Assembly (NCBI GenBank): GCA_964016885.1
Contig: OZ024747.1
Span: 52,204,001 to 52,268,000 of the forward strand
Length of the DNA: 64,000 nt
Origin: Eledone cirrhosa
Taxonomy: Eukaryota
Direction of reading: 5' to 3'
In this document: piece after piece, positions 53,947 to 64,000 of the stretch
Layout of the letters: every line of letters begins with the position of its first letter
How positions within the stretch are numbered: the first letter of the stretch is position 1
Translations under genes and position numbers: made by a program
The notes under the pieces: model-generated
Databases searched by the model: none
What the model was told of the DNA's origin: nothing
Seen by the model: the letters and a program-made list of their open reading frames with translations, nothing else

Positions 53947-54509
53947 ATATTATACATATTATATTATATACCGACATACATATATACTTACAAACACACA
54001 TACATACAGACAGTCATACAGACATATATATATATATATATATATATAACATTTATATGTCGTTAACATATACATTTTGGGAACAGTTGTACTCCGTGAC
54101 TCCTTTGTACAGAGAATATCGACAATATACGTTGCACATTGCAGGAGGAAGTCAATGATACATGCACAGTGACAAAGATGATTTTTTATTTCAAAAGAAA
54201 AAAAGGGGAGATAACAAAGGAAAACAAAAGTAATCAAAACCTTTAGAACCTCAGTTCTCTTTCCGAGATATAGAATTTGTTAAGGTTGAAGGCTTAAACG
54301 TGAATGTAAAAATGATTGGTCATACAAGGTGGATATGAATACGAGTTGGTTAGGATATTATGATAGTCACATATGTAATAAATAGATAGACGTTTCTAAA
54401 AAAAAGGGGGAGGGGGATATAGAGCGCGCTGGAGGGGGTTGTTGATAATTAAATACAAGATATTTACATAACAAGACACAAATGTGTGCAAGTGTGTATA
54501 TATATATAG

Positions 54510-54578
54510 AGAAACAGTGAGACAGAGACAATCAGGAGGAGAGACTGTCAGAAGGAGAGACAGTCAGATAGAGAGACT

Positions 54579-54635
<57 letters not shown>

Positions 54636-56518
54636 CGTCAGAGAGAGAGGCTGTCAGACAGAGAGACTGTTAGACAAAGAGAGTGTCAGTCAGAGAGAGA
54701 CTATCAGACAGAGAGTCAGTCAGAGAGACAGTCTGGCAGAGAGACTGTCAGGCAGAGAGACAGTTAGAAAGAGAGAGTGTCAGAGGGAGAGACTGTTAGA
54801 CAGAGAGACAGTCAAGGAGAGAGTGAGTCAATCAGAGAGACAGTCAGACAGAGAGAGACAGTCAGACAGAAACACAAACAGAGAGACTGTCAGACAGAGA
54901 GACTGTCAGACAGAGAGACTGACAAACAGAGAGACTGTCAGACAGAGAGACAGTCAGACAGAGAGATTGTCAGACAGAGAGACTGCCAGACAGAGAGACT
55001 GCCAGACAGAGAGACTGTCAGACAGAGATACTGTTAGACAGAGAGACTGTTAGACAGAGAGATTGTTAGACAGAGAAACTGTCAGACAGAGAGACTGTTA
55101 GACAGAGAGACTGTTAGACAGAGAGACTGTTAGACAGAGAGACTGTCAGACAGAGAGACTGTCAGATAGAGAGACTGTCAGACAGACAGAGAGACTGTCA
55201 GACAGGCAGAGAGACTGCCAGACAGAGAGACTGTTAGACAGAGAGACTGTTAGACAGAGAGACTGTCAGACAGAGAGACTGACAAACAGAGAGACTGTCA
55301 GACAGAGACACTGTCAGACAGAGAGACTGACAAACAGAGAGACTGTCAGACAGAGACACTGTCAGACAGAGAGACTGTCAGACAGAGAGACTGTCAGACA
55401 GAGAGACTGTTAGACAGAGAGACTGTTAGACAGAGAGACTGTTAGACAGAGAGACTGACAGACAGAGAGACTGTTAGACAGAGAGAGTGTTAGACAGAGA
55501 GACTGTTAGACAGAGACACTGTCAGAGAGAGAGATTGACAAACAGAGAGACTGTCAGACAGAGAGACTGACAAACAGAGAGACTGTCAGACAGAGAGACT
55601 GACAAACAGAGAGACTGTTAGACAGAGAGACTGTTAGACAGAGAGACTGTCAGACAGAGAGACTGACAGACAGAGAGACTGTTAGACAGAAAGAGTGTTA
55701 GACAGGGAGACTGACAGACAGAGAGAGGGTTACACAGAGAGACTGACAGACAGAGAGACTGTTAGACAGAGAGACTGTCAGACAGAGAGACTGTTAGACA
55801 GAGAGAATGTTAGACAGAGAGACTGTTAGACAGAGAGACTGTTAGACAGAGAGACTGTCAGACAGATAGACTGTCAGACAGAGAGACTGTTATACAGAGA
55901 GAGTGTTAGACAGAGAGACTGACAGGCAGAGAGACTGTCAGACAGAGAGGCTGACAGACAGAGAGACTGTCAGACAGAGAGACTGTTAGACAGAGAGACT
56001 GTTAGACAGAGACACTGTTAGACAGAGAGACTGTCAGGCAGAGAGACTGTCAGACAGAGAGATAGTTAGACAGAGAAACTGTCAGACAGAGAGACTGCCA
56101 GACAGAGAGACTGTCAGACAGAGAGACTGTTAGACAGAGAGACTGCCAGACAGAGAGACTGTCAGACAGAGAGACTGTTAGACAGAGAGACTGTTAGACA
56201 GAGAGACTGTTAGACAGAGACTGACAGACAGAGAGACTGTTAGACAGAGACACAAACAGAGAGACAGTCAGACAGAGAGACTGTCAGACAGAGAGACTGT
56301 TAGACAGAGAGACTGTTAGACAGAGAGACTGTTAGACAGAGAGACTGTTAGACAGAGAGACAGTCAGACACAAACAGAGAGACTGTCAGACAGACAGAGA
56401 CACTGTCAGACAGAGAGACTGTCAGACAGACAGAGAGACTGTCAGACAGGCAGAGAGACTGTCAGACAGACAGAGAGACTGTCAGACAGACAGAGAGACT
56501 GTCAGACAGAGAGACAGT
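54510..56518. repeat. 16-bp minisatellite GACAGAGAGACTGT(C/T)A, about 2 kb
   Basis: Seen directly; more degenerate toward the left end. Confidence 0.95.
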
Positions 56519-56694
56519 TATATAGAAGAAAGCAAAGTAGACAAATCACATCTGTAAGCTTCCAGAAAAGTAGAATGAAATAGTAAATAAATAAATAGAG
56601 AAAGAGTATATGTAAGAGAGAGGGAGAGGGAGAGAGTAAGATTATTAGGGAGGAAAATGAGAGATTTGAAGAAGTGAGATAATCATTGAGTGAA

Positions 56695-56718
56695 GTGCAT
56701 GTCTGTGTGTATCTGCAT

Positions 56719-56769
<51 letters not shown>

Positions 56770-56959
56770 ACTGTGTATGTATGTGTGTGAGTGAGGTGCA
56801 TGTCTATCTGTATCTACATACGTGTGTGTGTGTCACTGTGTGTGCATGTTCGTGTGTATATGTATGTGTGTTTATGAGTCTGTGCGTGTTGTTGTGGTTG
56901 CAATGTGTGCGTGTGTGTAAGTGTGTGTATCTGTGTATGTATGCTAATGTGTGTTTGAA

Positions 56960-56993
<34 letters not shown>

Positions 56994-57975
56994 CGTGTGT
57001 GCATGTGTGAAGAGTGTTTACTTTGTGCATGTGTGTATTAGTGTGCGCTTACGTGTGTATGCATGTATGTGTGTGTGTATTTATGTGTGTGCGTATGTGT
57101 GTGTGTGAATGTGAGTATGCATGTGAGTGTGTGTGTTTGTGTGTGAGTGTCTGTGTATGTGCATGTGTCTATGTGTGTGTGTGTGTGTGTATCTTAGTGT
57201 TTGTATGTGTTTGAGTGTGTGTGTTTTTGTCAAGGCGTGTGTGTCAATATGTGTGTGTGATTGTGTGTGAGTGTCTGTGTATGTGCATGTGTCTATGTGT
57301 GTGTTTGTGTGTGTATCTTAGTGTATGTGTGTGTTTGAGAGAGTGTGTGTGTGTCTGTGTGTGTGTGCGTGTGTGTGTGTGCGTGTGTGTCAATGCGTGT
57401 GTATATGTACCTGTGTGTGTGTGTGTGTGTGTGTCTGTGTGTGTTTGATTGTGTGTGTGTGTGTGTGCATGTGTGTCAATGCGTGTGTATATATACCTGT
57501 GTGTGCCTGTGTGTGTTTGAGTATGTGTGTGTGTGCGCGTGTGTGTCAATGCGTGCATATATGTACCTGTGTGTGTGTGTGTGTGTGTGTGTCAATGCGT
57601 GCATATATGTACCTGTGTATGTGTGTGTGTGTGTGTGTGTGTTTGAGTGTGTGTGCGTGTGCATGTGTGTCAATGCGTGTGTATATGTACCTGTGTGTCT
57701 CTGTGTGTGTGTGTCTGTGTGTGTTTGAGTGTGTGTGTGTGTGTGCGCATGTGTGACAATGCGTGTGTATATGTACCTGTGTGTCTGTGTGTGTTTGAGT
57801 GTATGTGTGCGTGTGTGTCAATGCGTGTGTATATGTACCTGTGTGTGTGTGTGTGGGTCTGTGTGTGTCTGAGTGTGTGTGCGTGTGTTTCAATGCGTGT
57901 GTATATGTACCTGTGTGTGTGTGTGATTGTGTGTCTGTGTATGTTTGAGTGTGTGTGTGCGTGTGTGTCAATGCG

Positions 57976-58028
<53 letters not shown>

Positions 58029-58847
58029 ATAGACAGGCAATAAATAATGAGATTGGGTGTCTGGAAGTTTGAATCCATGGAAAACTTAGAGGTAATTTTC
58101 TATTGCATAACAACAATAGATTACAGAGCAACAGCAGCACCAGCAACTGCAGCAGCAATAGCAACTGCAGCAGCAGTAGTAACAACTGCAGCAACAATAT
58201 CAGCAACAATACCAGACGACAATAGTAACAATGGCGATATTCTCTCACTCAATTTCTCTTTCCAATCTTTTGTAATGATTAACAATGACAAAAATATGCA
58301 TTTAGAAATTAACATTGATGTGTATATGTATGTATATACCTATGTGTCTATGTATGTATGTATGTATGTTTGTATGTATGTATGTATATACGTATATATG
58401 TATGTATGTATGTATGTATCTATGTTTGTATGTATGTATGTATGTATGTATGTATGTATGTATGTATGTATGTATGTATCTATGTTTGTATGTATGTATG
58501 TATGTACGTATATATGTATGTATGTATGTTTGTATGTATGTATCTATGTTTGTATTATGTACGTATGTATGTATGTTTGTATGTATGTATGTATGTTTGT
58601 ATGTATATACCTATGTACCTATGTATGTATGTATGTATGTATGTATGTATGTATGTATGTATGTATGTATGTACGTATGTATGTATGTATGTTATCTATG
58701 TATGTATGTACGTATGTATGTATGTATCTATGTTATGTTTGTATGTATGTACGTATGTATGTATGTATGTATGTATTTATGTATTTATGTATTTATGCAT
58801 GTATTTACGTATTTATGTATGTATGTATGCATATACGTATGTATATC
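56695..58847. repeat. Degenerate (GT)n tract with recurring gtcaatgcgtgtgtatatgtacct unit, then (GTAT)n
   Basis: Seen directly. Confidence 0.9.
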
Positions 58848-59155
58848 CAATGATTTTGGTAAATATCATCTTGGTTAAGAGAGTGGGACTGGCTTTGTGC
58901 AGTGCCTTTGTTCACTATAAAAGCTTCACGGCACAGGCATTGCTTTATATCTGGAGATCTCTCTGCACTTGTCGTCACATGGTACCATGGGCCCAGCACT
59001 ATGTGTCAATAATTGTCACAAGTGTAGTGTTTGTACCAGAGTTTTCAAGTCGTTGGCTGGACTAAAAAGTCACACTCGTTCAGCGCATCGGTAGGAGTTC
59101 TCCTACATGGATATAAAGTAGTGGCTGTACTCGAAAACGAGTTGGCAGCCACCAT
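58848..59155 (+). mobile_element. 3' end of RTE-like element with C2H2 finger, followed by (GTAT)n
   Basis: GTMGPALCVNNCHKCSVCTRVFKSLAGLKSHTRSAHR*, short 3' UTR ending ggcagccaccat; copies at 4095 and 40743. Confidence 0.75.
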
Positions 59156-59379
59156 GTATGTATGTATGTATGTATGTATGTATGTATGTATGTATGTATG
59201 TATGTATGTATGTATGTATGTATGTTTGTATGTATGTATGTATGTATGTATGTATATTATCTATGTATGTATGTATGTATGTATGTATGTATGTATGTAT
59301 GTATGTATGTATATACATATGTATGTATGTATTTATATATGTTATCTCTTTCTCTTAATTTCGAGTATATTTTTTTGAC

Positions 59380-62130
59380 CGGCCACCTTCCTGGTGGCAA
59401 GGTTGTAAAAGAAAAGAAATTGTCATCCCTTGAATCGCAAGAATGTTTTGCAAATTTTGAAGGTACCAGCTATCGCAGCCATTTGTAGACTATGAATTAG
59501 GGAGCTGCGGTTTTTGTCCGCAAATCCAAGTTCAGTCATACTTTGGTCCAAGCGGGTTCGTATATAACCCGTAGCTCCAATAATGATAGGTATGAATCTA
59601 AAGGTGTATCTTGGATACTGGATTTGTAAACTCCTCATCAATGGTCCGTAGATGTCCTCCTTCTCCTGTATTTTTCTGACAACGTTTACATCAAGTGGGC
59701 AGCTGACCTCCACAACAGAACACGTTTTCAATGTGTGGTCCCAAACAACAATATCAGGCCGGTTGTGCTTTAATTTGGTGGCAGTTTTTATTTTCAGGTT
59801 CCACCAGTATTCCTTAGTGCCATCTGTCTCAATATATTCTTCCTCGTTTGTTGTTAATTTTGTTTTCCGAAGTGCGTTCCAGATGGTTCTAGCTATCCCA
59901 TCGTGTCTCATGGGGAGGTAGTAGCGAGATGACATTCTTTCGCAGCTGGCAACAATGTGGCTTACATCTTCGATCTTTGTTTTACATAGCCTACATTTAT
60001 TGTCAGCTGCTGGCCCTCCTCTTTTGTGCAGCAGATATTTGGTAGGGAGTTCTTGTTCCTGTATTGCATAGAGATATCCCTCAAGGTGTAATGTCATAAA
60101 CTTGTCGGAACTCCATGCCAGGCTTTTTGAGTGGTTTATCCCCTCTATGGTCTGTGTTTTACGTCTCAAGTATCCATGCACAACTTTTTCATCTTGTTTG
60201 AACATTGAATAGGATCTTCCGATTTCTCTGGGTGGGAGATTTATATCAGGCTTTATTCCATATCTCTCCTCCAGATCAGTCGCTATTCTAATGATTTTTT
60301 TTTTCATGCTCATAAACCTGGGCAAGATGGTTGCCAACCTTTTTCCTCTGTTGAAGGTGTTGCTTCAGTGTTACTATCCGTGTCTCATATGTTGTTAATA
60401 TTGATTTTAGACCCCGGCCACCTTCCTTGCGTGAGAAGTATAGCCTATCCACATCACCATTGATGTTAAAGTTCCCAGTAACACTGAGAAGTTTGCGAGT
60501 TCTAACATTCATCTCACTTAGTTCTTGCAATGACCAGTTCAGCAGGCCAAATGTTGGCGTTAGAATTGGCACAGCATAAGTATTGTGGGCAATGTATTTG
60601 TTGTACGCTGACAGTACTGATGACCATATTTTCTTTACTCTTCTGAGGTATTCAGTCCTGGTTCTCTCCTTATTTATGGGTCCATCATATCTGACATTCT
60701 CATCCTGTCCAAGATATCTGTAGTTGTCACCTGACTGTAGTGGTTGTATTGTCAGGCCGTTCATCTCTAGATTTCTAGAAGAGGGCACAGCTCTTCCACG
60801 TTTTACTGCCAAATATGAACACTTGGACTCACAAAATTTCCTTTTGATGTCTGTTGAAAATTGTGTAATGAGGTCCAATTGTTTCTTGATGTCATTGATA
60901 TTTGGCCCATACAACTTCAGGTCATCAACAAAGAAAAGATGGGAGATACTTCTGGACCCACTTCTTTGTCCACCTTGTTTCCTGAGTAGGTAAGATAGTG
61001 GATTCAGTGAGAGAACGAAGAATAGCACTGACAATCTATCGCCCTGAAAGAAGCCCTTCTGGTAATGTATCTTATCAGTCTTAACTTGCTCCTTCTCACC
61101 TCTAAGGATCAAATTGGTGTACCAGTTCTTGGTCAGGCGTTCAACAGCAGCTACCAATGGTTGTGGGACTTTGGCTAACTGTAAAGCCTTAATAATCCAC
61201 CCATGAGGTACACTATCAAATGCTTTTTGATAGTCCAGCCACACCACAGTCATGTTTCTGCGATTCTTTGTTGTTTTTTCCTGAATCATTTTATTAGTTA
61301 GTAGGTGATCTATGCAACCCCACACCTTCCCCTTTCCACCAGCTTGCTCAGGTGTTATGATGTTGTTGGTAGCACAGTGATCCTGTAAGGCACCCAGTAT
61401 ATAATTTATACATGATGTTTTGGGAGGCTATTGGGCGGTAATTTTTAGCAAGGGTGGTTTGGCTATTTTGGGGAATGGGGAGAGTAGTGGTAGTTGATAA
61501 CCATCTGGGCAGTTCTTGTGTGCCTTTAAAGGTTTCTGTAAACAGCCGTATGAGATCTTGCCGATAGAAAGTGAAATTCTTCAACCAGTATCCTGTAATG
61601 AGGTCTGGGCCTGGCGATTTCCTATTCGACATTTTCTGTAGAGCTGTTTCCATCAGTATTGACCCATCTATGTCATATTGTTTTGTCTGGACATGTTGGC
61701 AGTAGTCCTGTTCTAGTTCTTTTAGCCAATTAGTTTGTCTGTTGAATCCGTCATCCGTTTCCCATACAGATCTCCAGTAGCTCTCAACCTGTTCTTTTGA
61801 AGGGGTATCATTTACAGGGATTGAGCTTTTGCCACCGAAGCTGCGATAAACTGATTTAGGATCTCTGGCAAACAATCTATTTAGCACTTGTCGTTTATGT
61901 GCTGTTGACTTATATTTTAGTCTTTCTGTTGTAGCTGTCAGTTGTTGTTTAAACTGGTGTAATTTGGAGTTCAACGATTTAAATTTTGTATCTTCAAATC
62001 GTCTCTCTAACTTTTTTTAGGTCTTCCTGGTGTCGTGTGAAGTTGCACTCTATGTTGCATTTCATAACGACTGCGATGTGTGAGATACTTCGTCTCAGGG
62101 ACAAAATTTTGCTTTTTAAATTTCGCATCC
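59380..62130 (-). mobile_element. R4/Dong-like non-LTR retrotransposon (RT + CCHC + restriction-like endonuclease), 5'-truncated, frameshifted
   Basis: ORFs 61348-61974, 60288-61325, 59423-60337: KSPGPD, NYRPI, WLDYQKAFDSVPH, GFFQGDRLS, HLFFVDDLKLY, RKEGGRGL, CRLC...HIVASC, RHD, NRPDIVV...EVSCP...KEDIY; embedded in (GTAT)n. Confidence 0.93.
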
Positions 62131-62161
<31 letters not shown>

Positions 62162-62467
62162 TGTATGTATGTATGTATTTATGTATTTATGTATGTATGT
62201 ATGTATGTATGTATGTATGTATGTATGTATGTATGTATTTATGTATGTATGTATATACGTATGTATGTATGTATGTATGTATGTATGTATGTTGGTATGT
62301 ATGTTTGTATGTATGTATGTATGTATGTATGTATGTATGCATGTATGTATATACGTATGTATTAGTGTATATATGCATGGATGTGTTGTATATACGTATG
62401 TATGTATGTATATATGTATATATATATATATGTATGTATTTGTATTTATGTATATATGTTTTTATTA

Positions 62468-62601
<134 letters not shown>

Positions 62602-62816
62602 GTATGTATTTATGTATATATGTTTGTTTGTTTGTATTTATGTTCATATATATGCATGTATCGGTTTATGTGTGTATACGTGTATATATGCATATAAGTA
62701 TGTATTTTTGCATTTATGCTTATATGCATGTATATACGTATGTATTTATATATGTAAGTATGTATGTATGCATGTTTGCAGTTAGGTATGCAAGTACGTA
62801 TGTGTGTGTGTGTGTA

Positions 62817-62865
<49 letters not shown>

Positions 62866-63124
62866 TTATGCGTGTATAAATAAGCGTATGGATAGATATA
62901 ATATGTGCATATACCGATATTGACACTCACACACAGACTCACACACACACACACATACACACACACACCCACTCACACACACTCACACACACACACACAC
63001 ACTCACATACACACACTCACTCACACACACACACACATACACACATACACACATACACACACCTCAGTCCCCTAAGCTACTGGCCTTGTGCCAACATTTT
63101 TCAAAAATGCATATCTGTGCATGC

Positions 63125-64000
63125 AAGGGCGGCGGCTTAGCAGTCTCGGTAGAGCGTCAGACAAAATACTTTGCAAATTGCTAATTACAAGTTTCCTTGT
63201 TGTCAGATCAGATCCTATCGAGATCAATTGTATTTTTCATCTTTCCGAGATCGATAAAATAAAATGCCTGTCAAGTATTGCGTGCGATATAATCACCTTT
63301 ATCTTCACCCCCCCCCCCCACACACACACAAATTGCTGGTCTTGTGACTAAATCATGATGGTCTGGAACGGTAGATTAGCAGTAATCGGTAGAGCGTCGG
63401 GCAACCTGCTTTGTGGCATAGAGGTATGCCCCTTTACGTTCTTAGTTCAAATCGCACCGACGTTAACTTTGCCTTTCATTTTTTCGGTGTTGATGAAATA
63501 TAGTACCAGTAACGTACTTGGGTTGATTTAATTGACTTTCCCCTCCCCCCCCAAATTGTTGTCCTTGGGCCTAAGTCAGAAACCATTATTCATACAAGAA
63601 CAATGGCGTTAGACATGTCTGAATCATTAGAGTGTCGGACAAGATGTTTTCCACCATTTTTTCTGACCCCTTAAATTCTGTGTTGGAAACCCACCTAAGA
63701 TCCAAAATTGATAAAATAAAGTACCAGTCATGTACGAGGTGCACATACTCCCCTTCCCCTCCCTCCCCTCAAAATGTCTACCCTTCTTTCTAAATATCAA
63801 CAGACGCCATATTTCAGGGTGAAGTTTGAAGATAGAGTAAGACTGGACAATAAAAAGGTATTATTTTTAAGTATCGGTAGAGCGTCGGACACCATGCTTT
63901 GCAGCACAGTGTTATGACCCTTTACGTTCTGAATTCAATTCCCACCGAGGTTAACTTTGTCTTTCATCCTTATGGGATCGATAAAATAAAGTACAAGTAA
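63125..64000 (+). mobile_element. Train of four SINE family A copies of differing divergence
   Basis: Repeated cggtagagcgtc...ttcaaatc...tttcat...gataaaataaagtac at about 63125, 63368, 63605 and 63870. Confidence 0.8.

Overview
Repeat-saturated, AT-rich animal genomic DNA with no confidently identifiable host gene. The SINE families and microsatellite load suggest an octopus or related cephalopod, but this is inference. Nearly all ORF-track entries are artefacts of microsatellites ((TA)n, (CA)n, (ATAC)n, (CAC)n, (GA)n). The real coding signal is transposon-derived: a frameshifted Penelope-like element (PLE; RT + GIY-YIG, 6573-8381) and several PLE fragments, an R4/Dong-like LINE (59380-62130, minus), CRE-, HERO- and RTE-like LINE fragments, a mariner fragment, hAT MITEs, a Helitron 3' end and more than 25 tRNA-derived SINE copies. 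The main hidden structure is a set of PLE pseudo-LTRs from at least five families, mostly in (TA)n tracts, carrying type I hammerhead ribozyme (HHR) motifs. Many are outward-facing fold-back palindromes with an HHR on each strand and non-random turn-around points. One family has a fixed non-canonical core (CAGAAGA). PLE-HHR association and inverted pLTRs are established knowledge; the ORF-less double-HHR hairpins, recurrent breakpoints and variant core deserve a second look. All coordinates and folds were read by eye, so repeat boundaries are approximate.
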